NCBI GenBank assembly: GCA_051532055.1
Contig: JAOPTX010000079.1
Coordinates: forward strand, 1 to 42,329
Origin: Fibrobacterales bacterium
GTDB lineage: Bacteria > Fibrobacterota > Fibrobacteria > Fibrobacterales > JAOPTW01
DNA: 42,329 bases
Direction of reading: 5' to 3'
Under the pieces are notes generated by a model. It saw only the letters and a program-made list of their open reading frames with translations, had not been told where the DNA came from and made no database searches. Positions within the stretch are counted from its first letter, which is position 1. Every line of letters begins with the position of its first letter. Positions 10,395 through 18,626 of the stretch are shown in pieces. The position numbers and the translations under genes are program-made.

Positions 10395-12451
10395 TATCTT
10401 CCTTTAATTTTTCGGTTGAGCTCTATGGTAGATTTCATTTCACCGAATTTAAAATCTCTGTACATAGGAATTTTAATAAGTCTACCTACACGTAATTCTT
10501 TATACTCTTTATAAATATCGATACCATTATATTGTGCAACTACTGAACCCATTTCGGCATTCCCGTAAAATCGGTTACCAATTTTTCTAAAGGTATCATT
10601 TTTTTTGATAATATACGTAATTTCTATTGGTTTCACAGAATTCTTTTGAGTATACTCTGTTTTATTTTCTTGAACATTCTCAAGATCTCTTTTCAATGAC
10701 ATGACAGCATTTACTTCTTGTTTATTTTGATCGGTATATTTAATGGTAAGAGGATAATCTGTACTATTGTTTGCTTTATCTTTTACCGTAATAAGAAATT
10801 TATTTTTGCCGTGAGTCATGTTATATACGTTCACGTTGAGGGTGTTATTAAAGAGCGTCACCTGGGCTTTATCTGATGGACTGACGGTGACGGACTGAAT
10901 GTGTTCTTCGGTGATGGCACCACTCAGGGCAATAGTCGGGAGGGTAACCTCCTCGGGCTGGTTAAAAAGTTCAATAAATGGCGCTTTTTTATCGTAATAT
11001 ATTGTAAGTGGTAGTTCAGTTTGATTACCCGCAATATCTTTTAGGGCAATAGTGAATTCATTGAGCCCTGGTTTAAGTTTTAATTTCGTATAAATTTCAT
11101 TATTAGAATTTAATTTTAGAGGTTTATTAATAGGGAGTAGAAGTATACTTTCTATGTCTTGGTCTTCAGTACTACCCCTAAGGCGTACCATTGGTTTGTT
11201 TGTAAAATCTGGAATTGCGGCTATATCAATTGATGGGGGGACGTTATCGCGATAGAGTTCTTGAGTTATCAGTGCACTATACCCCTTAGAATGAGTAATA
11301 ACTATTTCAAAAACCAAATTCCCTGAAAGTTCAGGAGGGAGGGCAATGGTAAATGTTCTATTGGTGCTGTCCTTGAGTACATTATCAGAACTAAAATATG
11401 CATTAGGAAGATCGGGGTACCAACAGTTAAAGCTTGATACTTCGAGTGAGTTAAATAGGTCTTCTGGGTAGGTCAGAGAGACGCCATTTTGTGCGTAGGA
11501 TATTGTCGTTGGGGATACTGATTGAAAGGCTTCTTTTTTATAGAGTAAGCCCAATCCATCTGTGGCAACGATTAACCCATCATTTGTTGTTATAATCTTT
11601 TCAATGAGTACATGATTTTTAGAATCAATTTCTATACCACTGAGGCCATGATTATTACTGAGGTCTATAGCGTAAAGTTTTCCGAGTGAACTTGCATAGA
11701 GTATAGAGTTATACAGCGCGAGTGATATTATTTGGATTGGTTTTGTTACCACAGTTATTTCTGATTTATCAAGAGTGTAGAGTACCAGACCTTTTTGAGT
11801 TGCGAAATAAGCATTAGATCCATAAAGATGTATATCATTTATAACATTACTTGGCAAGCCGTCGAGCATAGTATAATCATTCCATTTTTGACGTGCACTA
11901 TCAAAAATTATAACACCGTTTCCATTAGTACCCATATAGATTTGGTTACCAATAGCCTTGATTGAAACGACAGGTCTCGTTAAAAGATTATTTTGAAGTA
12001 CCCGCACAACTTTTTTACGGGAAATATTAAAGATTGTCACAGCGTTAGAAGAACCGATCAGGAGTTCATTATTTTTTATGGAGAGAGAATAAATGGTACT
12101 TTGGTCTATACCTAATTCTTTTTTGCCATAGTGAGCAGTGAGGAGTCCCGTTTTACTATTGTACACTGATAAGCCGTGTGAAGAACCAATATAAATTGCG
12201 GTCTTATAAATGGCTGAACTATAGATAAGACCGGTGCGGTATTTTCTATTGAGAGGGATGTCGCTTAATTTTCTTTTGGTATCAATATCATAGACAGATA
12301 TTCCTTTGGATTGGGTACTCACTATAAATGTGGTTCTACCCGCTGACATGGTTTTAATATTTTGACTTTCAATACTATTGTCAATAGAAGTGTATGAAGC
12401 AACGAGGAGTTGAACTGATACTATGAGGATAAGTAATAGTCGAGTAATCAT
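10394..12451 (-). CDS. Secreted beta-propeller + Ig-like repeats + C-terminal LysM-like protein
   Basis: Signal peptide; propeller blades (IYMGTNGNGV, DGLPSNVINDI, YFATQKGL); D..PP/D.AGN Ig-like motifs; YIIKKNDTFRKIGNRFYG..LRVGRLIKIP (LysM). Confidence 0.8.
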   Translation of the reverse strand: MITRLLLILIVSVQLLVASYTSIDNSIESQNIKTMSAGRTTFIVSTQSKGISVYDIDTKRKLSDIPLNRKYRTGLIYSSAIYKTAIYIGSSHGLSVYNSKTGLLTAHYGKKELGIDQSTIYSLSIKNNELLIGSSNAVTIFNISRKKVVRVLQNNLLTRPVVSIKAIGNQIYMGTNGNGVIIFDSARQKWNDYTMLDGLPSNVINDIHLYGSNAYFATQKGLVLYTLDKSEITVVTKPIQIISLALYNSILYASSLGKLYAIDLSNNHGLSGIEIDSKNHVLIEKIITTNDGLIVATDGLGLLYKKEAFQSVSPTTISYAQNGVSLTYPEDLFNSLEVSSFNCWYPDLPNAYFSSDNVLKDSTNRTFTIALPPELSGNLVFEIVITHSKGYSALITQELYRDNVPPSIDIAAIPDFTNKPMVRLRGSTEDQDIESILLLPINKPLKLNSNNEIYTKLKLKPGLNEFTIALKDIAGNQTELPLTIYYDKKAPFIELFNQPEEVTLPTIALSGAITEEHIQSVTVSPSDKAQVTLFNNTLNVNVYNMTHGKNKFLITVKDKANNSTDYPLTIKYTDQNKQEVNAVMSLKRDLENVQENKTEYTQKNSVKPIEITYIIKKNDTFRKIGNRFYGNAEMGSVVAQYNGIDIYKEYKELRVGRLIKIPMYRDFKFGEMKSTIELNRKIKGR

Positions 12452-14097
12452 TATTTGACCTCCATCAGTTTAATTTTCTTTTTAACATTGGCAACATAGG
12501 AGCGTGCTTGTGGGTGAGAGGGTTCTGCCTTAAGAACTTTAAGCCAAAACTTAAGGGCTTTTTTGTAATTGCCCATTCGATAATTGGTGATCCCCGAAAG
12601 GAAAAGCTCTTGAATTCTTTTAGGTGGATTTGCTTTTAATTGTGCTTTTCTGATTGCTCTCGTTAATGAACGAACTTCATTATCAATCTCACTATTTCCT
12701 GTTTTACTGGGGAGTGTTGCAAGAGCCTTGGAAAAATCATTCGTTGTAAATAGTCTTTTAGCTTTCGAAATTTTTTCATTGAGGTCAGATAGGTTCATAG
12801 ACATTTTTTCATTTACAAGAGCAACTAATTTAATCGTTGTTTTGTTTTGTGGTTGGAGATCTTTTGCTTTGTGTAAAATTCCAAGTGCTTTTTTAAATTT
12901 TCCACTTTTGATAGATGTTCGGGCAAGAGTAATGAGTTTGTTGTAACTTTTTTGTGTTGCCATTATCCTTTTGAGGGAGGCTATTTTGTGTGTTAACACT
13001 GAAATTTGAGAGTGTGAACGATCAACCTTTTTAAGTTGATTAAGTTTGTTAGCGGCTTCTGAAACTCGCTTTTCAATAAGAAAGTTATTGATTGCCTGAA
13101 TGATCGATTGAGATTTTACTGACTTAATACGTTTTTCTTTTGCATCAGTTATAGATCTATTCCATTTGGCTATTGTCAAGTTGTCGGGATATTCAGAGAA
13201 GAGGAGTGAGAATAATTCTTCGGCCTTATCATAATCACCCTGTAGAAAAGCATTTTGACCCTCGTCAATGCGGATTGTGAGTATTGAATCTCGGGTAAAT
13301 TGAATACGGTCAAATTTGTTTTTAAAATAACTATCAGTAGGAAACTGATGAAATGCATTATTTAAAAGAACAAGGAGTTCATTCTCTCGATTATCACGTT
13401 CAAGAATTGAGATTTTATGCACATAATATTTTCGTAATTCTTTGAGCTTCTTCTCAGCGTTGTGAATATTAGAGAGGAGCAAATTATCATCTGGGCTATA
13501 AAAAAGGGTTTTATACCATTCTTTTAGAGCTTGAGAATAGAGCCCTCTTTTATAAAACTCATTTCCAATCTCAAACAACGTCTGTTTAATGGTCTCTATT
13601 TTATTGGTAATGGCTGTGTAACTGTTCTTATAATCATTATTATTTGGTTCGAGAGCAACTAATTGAGAAAGTATTTTTTGAGCATTTCTATAACGCTCCT
13701 CTTTTTCTAACCGCAGAGAAACTTGATAGACTGAATCTCGCTTTTCAGAAGGGAGGTTAGTGAGGTTGTAAGGGTCAATTTCAACCCAAACATCTTCAGT
13801 TTCTGAATCAGGTGCAACCCATTTTCCTAAATTAATCCGACATTCTTTAATGCTTTCATCAACTTTTAAATGAAGTGGGTTGGTCATTCTGATTTTTCTA
13901 AACTCAGCGAGTGCCTTATCGTATTGTTTGCTCTTTAGAAATTCATTCGCTGTTTTGTAATAGAGTAACTCTTTTTGATACTGACCTTCAATATTTTTGT
14001 CATCAATAGATATTAACGATTCTTGGGCAAAAAGAAACGAGGCTAGAACTGCTAAAAGAGTCCATATTCTAATGAAAGAATAGTGAATAAGGGCCAC
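12451..14097 (-). CDS. Secreted tetratricopeptide repeat protein
   Basis: Signal peptide; several TPR motifs (e.g. GITNYRMGNYKKALKFWLKVLKAEPSHPQA); stop overlaps the next start. Confidence 0.85.
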   Translation of the reverse strand: MALIHYSFIRIWTLLAVLASFLFAQESLISIDDKNIEGQYQKELLYYKTANEFLKSKQYDKALAEFRKIRMTNPLHLKVDESIKECRINLGKWVAPDSETEDVWVEIDPYNLTNLPSEKRDSVYQVSLRLEKEERYRNAQKILSQLVALEPNNNDYKNSYTAITNKIETIKQTLFEIGNEFYKRGLYSQALKEWYKTLFYSPDDNLLLSNIHNAEKKLKELRKYYVHKISILERDNRENELLVLLNNAFHQFPTDSYFKNKFDRIQFTRDSILTIRIDEGQNAFLQGDYDKAEELFSLLFSEYPDNLTIAKWNRSITDAKEKRIKSVKSQSIIQAINNFLIEKRVSEAANKLNQLKKVDRSHSQISVLTHKIASLKRIMATQKSYNKLITLARTSIKSGKFKKALGILHKAKDLQPQNKTTIKLVALVNEKMSMNLSDLNEKISKAKRLFTTNDFSKALATLPSKTGNSEIDNEVRSLTRAIRKAQLKANPPKRIQELFLSGITNYRMGNYKKALKFWLKVLKAEPSHPQARSYVANVKKKIKLMEVK

Positions 14098-14224
14098 CTT
14101 TAAAATAATCTCATCGAGTATATGAGTTAATATTGGTTTTATTATACTATAATATGTTATAATTTAGCTATGGATAGATAGATTTTTTTGAGTTTATTTT
14201 AAAAATTCAGGTTACAAGGTCACT

Positions 14225-14704
14225 ATGGGACTGAAAAATACATTACTCATATTCTTGATTGCACTTTGCTATTCATTTGGTAGTGAAGTACAAGTATCAG
14301 AAATTAAAATACAGCCCAGCGAAGAAGGGATGATACTCATTGAATTTGGATTTAACTACGGCTATCCTCAAAAATATAATGTTGCTTTTGGTGAAGTAGA
14401 TGAAAATTCATTGATTCTTACGATGAAGGGTGTTGATTTTGACTCTGATAAGATTTTAGTTGATCTCGAACTAAATAATTGGATGAGGGTTGCTAAGAAA
14501 GAAATTAATGGTGAATTTATAACCTTTGTAAGCTTTGATTTACAAAAACGAGTTCCTTATAAAAGTTATTTTTCTTCTGGCAAACTCTATATAAGCTTTG
14601 CAGATGTACGCTACACTAATACAGTAAGGACTGTTCTTCTGTGGTTAGCCATCCCAGTAGCTCTGCTATTTACAGTCTCTGCATTTTTACTCATTGAAAG
14701 TTAG
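14225..14704 (+). CDS. Hypothetical exported, membrane-anchored protein (AMIN-like beta domain possible)
   Basis: N-terminal signal, beta-rich core, C-terminal TM helix. Confidence 0.6.
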   Translation: MGLKNTLLIFLIALCYSFGSEVQVSEIKIQPSEEGMILIEFGFNYGYPQKYNVAFGEVDENSLILTMKGVDFDSDKILVDLELNNWMRVAKKEINGEFITFVSFDLQKRVPYKSYFSSGKLYISFADVRYTNTVRTVLLWLAIPVALLFTVSAFLLIES

Positions 14705-15093
14705 CGCGTTGATTGAGACTTCTTTTTATTACAACTTCTACATTTTTTTCCCATTAATGTTCTATAAAATGATCTGATATATCCGGCAACTCCATACACT
14801 TTTTTCACTGCTTCATGTCGGTAAGAGGGAGGCAATATCCAGAAGTAGTCAAGAATTTGTGGGAAATGTCGACTCATTTCATTGATTGCTTCTTTGCCAT
14901 AGAAGCGGTTATCGAAAGCAATAAAAGTAAAATCATCGTCTTCGGAGTCTTCGGGAAGAACGATATACTCTATGAGCATTTCTGGATTTTTTTTCTTGAG
15001 TAATCCTATAAAACTGCTACATACGGGGCATTCAGCATCGTAGTACAGTTTAAAATCACTCGGTATCGATTGAGTAGTCAGGGTTTCTTTCAT
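14701..15093 (-). CDS. DCC1-like (DUF393) thiol-disulfide oxidoreductase family protein
   Basis: LYYDAECPVC (DxxCxxC) near the N-terminus; exact start uncertain. Confidence 0.75.
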   Translation of the reverse strand: MKETLTTQSIPSDFKLYYDAECPVCSSFIGLLKKKNPEMLIEYIVLPEDSEDDDFTFIAFDNRFYGKEAINEMSRHFPQILDYFWILPPSYRHEAVKKVYGVAGYIRSFYRTLMGKKCRSCNKKKSQSTR

Positions 15094-16051
15094 TGATAAT
15101 TAACGATTGGTACTTGTTAAGTTCTTCACTGTTAAAGTGAATAATAATGATTTCTGTTTGAATACCGTTAAGAATATTGATAATTAAACGATTTTGTCTA
15201 CTGAGTAAAAAGAGCCCCCTTCCTGTAGGGTCGGTTAGACCAATAGGGAGTTCTTCTTCTCCAATTTTAGTATGTCGTCTAAATTTGGATAAAATTCGTT
15301 CTAATGTTAAGCTCCCACTTCGATCTTTTATACTAATGGCATATTTCTCGTGATCCTGTACGATTCTAAATGATATGGTTTTATCTTCTGGAACAAAGAG
15401 TGATTTAGGTGATGTAGCCATTTCGCTATCTCGTTGTTCTGGTGTGATACCATGAATACTATATGCAAGTGCATTTATCATCAATTCAGATACAAAAGAG
15501 TTAAATTCAGCTTGCTCTTGAGTGTCGAGTCGTTTTTTGAAGTCGGTGAAATTTGATTTTGCAAAGCCGGGAGTATACACCATACCAGTGTAATCATACT
15601 TCTTATCAAATTTAGTGAAGCCCCCTAAGAAGAATGGATAGGGACCAAAAAAGTGTTCGCCAAGAAGCCGTTTTGTCATCGCCATAACAAGGTTAGCGTC
15701 GAATTTGTGCGATAGTATTATGTTTCCAATATTAAACATCTGTGCAAATTCAAAAAAATCGAATTCCTCACTACAGAGTAACACAACCTGATTACCATTG
15801 TGGATCAAGTCGTTATGTATTTCATCAAGTATCGCATGGTCCTGAGAAATATTGGAGGCGTCTATTTCAAAAAATATAAGGGCATTAATATCTTCCTTAA
15901 TCCCTTCAAGATTGGACTTTAAATTGAGGTCTCTTGGTTTTACATGAAAATCTAGAAGTTGCTTTCGGATAATCTCTTCAAATGAGTCATAGAGTTTCTC
16001 TTTGACTTTTGGGCTCACACAGCGAAAATACACACTATGAGTCGCAATCAT
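15056..16051 (-). CDS. Hypothetical protein with C-terminal HATPase-like (anti-sigma kinase-like) domain
   Basis: SELMINAL (N box), ISIKDRSGSL (G1-like), TGRGLFLL (G2). Confidence 0.7.
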   Translation of the reverse strand: MIATHSVYFRCVSPKVKEKLYDSFEEIIRKQLLDFHVKPRDLNLKSNLEGIKEDINALIFFEIDASNISQDHAILDEIHNDLIHNGNQVVLLCSEEFDFFEFAQMFNIGNIILSHKFDANLVMAMTKRLLGEHFFGPYPFFLGGFTKFDKKYDYTGMVYTPGFAKSNFTDFKKRLDTQEQAEFNSFVSELMINALAYSIHGITPEQRDSEMATSPKSLFVPEDKTISFRIVQDHEKYAISIKDRSGSLTLERILSKFRRHTKIGEEELPIGLTDPTGRGLFLLSRQNRLIINILNGIQTEIIIIHFNSEELNKYQSLIINERNPDYSIDTE

Positions 16052-16380
16052 ATTTCTCCGTTACGTTTTGCAAGATACCCTAGTGTAACAAAAATTATGA
16101 GCAAAGCCACAATAAAAGCAATGGGCGAAAGATTTACTAATTGGGTACGGATTAAGCGCGCTAAGTTTGTTGCGATAAACGCATACCCAATAGTACAGAG
16201 TACCATAAATAACAAAAACCGGACTACTGCGTTCAATGAGCGCGTTATGGTCCGAAAGAGTTTGTTGATTTCGTGTCCATATACCATGAGGAGCGTGGTA
16301 ATAACACTCATTGAGATGAAGTATATATGTGATTTTAAAAAGTGTGATGCGGGTATAAGTAATGTATTGAGATATTCCAT
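16048..16380 (-). CDS. DUF3392-like small membrane protein
   Basis: Three to four hydrophobic helices; LLMVYGHEINK..R and GYLAKRN patterns; stop overlaps the next start. Confidence 0.75.
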   Translation of the reverse strand: MEYLNTLLIPASHFLKSHIYFISMSVITTLLMVYGHEINKLFRTITRSLNAVVRFLLFMVLCTIGYAFIATNLARLIRTQLVNLSPIAFIVALLIIFVTLGYLAKRNGEI

Positions 16381-16520
16381 ATGGGTAAACTATGTTTTTT
16401 TTAGGTTTGAGGGTTGTTTTGGGGTGACTTTTTGAATTTTGTTGCAGAGGTTATTTAAGTATATAATATAGTACTAAATAAAGTATATTGTATATATATC
16501 AAGTATAGGTTGGAGATAAG

Positions 16521-16748
16521 GTGCTTTTAGAAGAAAATGAATTAGAACAACATAGGTTACGGATAAAATTAGAGAGAAAAGAGCAAGAAATATATGAAAT
16601 TCATGCCGTCTGGGGGAAAAAAAGACAATTTTGGCCTGGTGAGTTTAGGACTAAAGAAGAGCTATTAGTAGGTGAAATTGACCAAATCAAGAAAGATGAA
16701 ATTATTCTTAAACATGATCTACAAGAAAGTCGTTCGGAATGGAAGTAA
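16521..16748 (+). CDS. Small hypothetical protein
   Basis: GGAG RBS before GTG; 75-aa charged ORF in otherwise intergenic space. Confidence 0.5.
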   Translation: MLLEENELEQHRLRIKLERKEQEIYEIHAVWGKKRQFWPGEFRTKEELLVGEIDQIKKDEIILKHDLQESRSEWK

Positions 16749-16976
16749 CCTTTATTACTTCTTGAGTTGCAGTATATTTATTTAGTACAAAAAATAATAC
16801 TATAGTTAATTGCTAGCGGTGTGGGTTTGAGCTTTCATTATTTAAGGCGATTGAGAAGGGGTTACCTTAATTCGATTGCTAAAATGTTGTTAATCTCTTG
16901 TGTTTATTTTTAAATTTGAATATTAAACTTAGTACAAAATATAGTACTCGCATTAATATTGGTTTTTATTGAAATG

Positions 16977-17118
16977 ACCAGCCTTTGGCTGGTTCAATGG
17001 AGGTGGGGATACCCTCGGCGCAGTTAAAATGCAGTGCATTTTTCCTTTACTCGGGCTTACGCACCACTACTCGTGGTGCGCGGGTCTAACACCCTACGGG
17101 AGTTCGTCTCTCCAACCT
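16977..17118. repeat. ssrA-linked element: second terminator-like hairpin plus direct and inverted copies of the tmRNA 3' end
   Basis: TGGAGGTGGGGA at 16998-17009 equals 17171-17182. ACGGGAGTTCGTCTCTCCAACCT at 17096-17118 is an inverted near-copy of the T-arm. Internal hairpins at 17026-17042 and 17060-17080. Confidence 0.75.
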
Positions 17119-17124
17119 GTACTA

Positions 17125-17168
17125 TAAAACAAAAAAGACCAGCCGTTGGCTGATCTTTTTTTGTTTTA
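17125..17168 (-). terminator. Intrinsic terminator of ssrA
   Basis: TAAAACAAAAAAGACCAGCC-GTT-GGCTGATCTTTTTTTGTTTTA immediately 3' of the tmRNA. Confidence 0.85.
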
Positions 17169-17170
17169 AG

Positions 17171-17533
17171 TGGAGGTGGGGAGAGTCGAACTCCCGTCCA
17201 AAAAAATTTCCCTATTCGCTCCTACATGCATTCCCTTTGATTTAATCTTGCTCACTGAACCGCCCTAAAGGTCGGCTGAACAGTCAGCCAGCTTAGAATA
17301 TCTTAGCTGATAGCCCCAAGCATACTATCAACCCAGCCCACTAGCATAGCAGTTAGGTACCCACATAGGCGATGAGTCCCTAACTGTAGCTACTTAGTAG
17401 TTACTAAGCAGCCATTGCGTAAGAATAGTTATCTTCTGCATTTATTTGTTTTTCCGGTTTTTTTAAGAGGCCAACCAGAACCCTCTGCATGCAACTTGTA
17501 CTTCCATCTCCCTGTCGAAACCTGTGCACCCCC
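17171..17533 (-). ncRNA. ssrA: tmRNA; tag reading frame AEDNYSYAMAA*
   Basis: 5' GGGGGTGCACAGGTTTCGAC; 3' GGACGGGAGTTCGACTCTCCCCACCTCCA (acceptor stem with G.U pair, CCA not encoded); tag ORF at 17439-17404 ends in AA-stop; 363 nt. Confidence 0.97.
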
Positions 17534-17702
17534 ATAATAAGGGATGTCCACTTATACTTTAAATATATATAAATATCTCTGTTATGCCTATCTCCTTTGA
17601 ATGAGAGCGTTGTAATTACTTGAAGGTATCGTTCAATTGTAAATGATCTGTTTTTTACAATTCTTTAGTATGTTATCAATAGGAATTTTTTATTTTAATG
17701 CT

Positions 17703-18350
17703 ATGACTCAAAACATAATAGTTAAACTCATAATCCTAGCTGCCTTATTGGTAGGGACTTCATTTGCTAAGCTCACCGAAAAAGATTCATTGAAATTAGT
17801 AGATGGGTGTAATGACTTTTTTAAGATGGTAAAGAAAAATAATCTTCCTGCTAAACCAGGCCTGTTAGAAAAAGTACTAACTGAGGAATCCATTGAGTGG
17901 TTTGAAGAAATTGTAGAGGCTGTTGAATCTGAAGATTCAGCTGCTTTGGCGATTCGACCTTTCTATGAATCAGTATCAATCATTGGACTACGCTACTATT
18001 ATAAAGAGGGGACTCTCGAAGACCTCGAATTGCATAATGTTTTTAAGTTCTATATGAGAATGGGATACGTTAATAAAATTTTGCGGATGAAGAGCTGGTC
18101 TAATTCATGGGTTGAGCAAGAGGAATATGGGTTTAGAGGGTTAAAAAAGGCCCCGAGAGTACCCATCCTCCATTTTAGACGTGAAAATGAAGTTTGGCGC
18201 CTAGAGCTGCCTCAAACCTTAGAAATCGTTTCACGAAGTGTACGGTCACTCGCCCAGAAAAAAGGGTGGACGGACCTCCAAGCAGCACTCGAAACCCTTG
18301 ATCTCATCATTCTAAAAGATGTCATTGATGAAAAATTGTTAGAGCCATAA
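17703..18350 (+). CDS. Secreted hypothetical protein
   Basis: Signal peptide MTQNIIVKLIILAALLVGTSFA from ATG 17703. Confidence 0.7.
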   Translation: MTQNIIVKLIILAALLVGTSFAKLTEKDSLKLVDGCNDFFKMVKKNNLPAKPGLLEKVLTEESIEWFEEIVEAVESEDSAALAIRPFYESVSIIGLRYYYKEGTLEDLELHNVFKFYMRMGYVNKILRMKSWSNSWVEQEEYGFRGLKKAPRVPILHFRRENEVWRLELPQTLEIVSRSVRSLAQKKGWTDLQAALETLDLIILKDVIDEKLLEP

Positions 18351-18626
18351 CTAAATCCCCTAAAAACAACCTTACTAATTGGAGATCACTGTAAAATAAT
18401 ATTTACCTAGACTCTCTTTGTAGCACTTTCTTCTATATTAACAAGACCACATCACACCGAATGACGATAGAGACATTTGTAACTGAAGTAGAGCCCTGGG
18501 GAGGGTCAGTGCATAATCTTGACATATCATTTACTGATCACTGGTAAATTCACAATGTATCATTTTACGGATATATGGTGAGGGCAAATAGCGAGAGTTA
18601 TTAACATAAAAGGTAAAGGGTATATT

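Noticed and set aside
16037..16435. 132-aa plus-strand ORF
   Set aside because: Antisense to the DUF3392-like gene, which fits the minus-strand operon.
17096..17118. Separate tRNA gene on the plus strand
   Set aside because: Only a T-arm-like fragment; no D-arm, anticodon arm or matching acceptor stem.
16381..17170. Intact prophage or genomic island at ssrA
   Set aside because: No integrase or phage genes; only short duplications remain.
18351..18626. Riboswitch (e.g. c-di-GMP) in the long leader of the fibro-slime gene
   Set aside because: No recognisable GEMM or other aptamer consensus by eye; an Rfam/Infernal scan would be needed.
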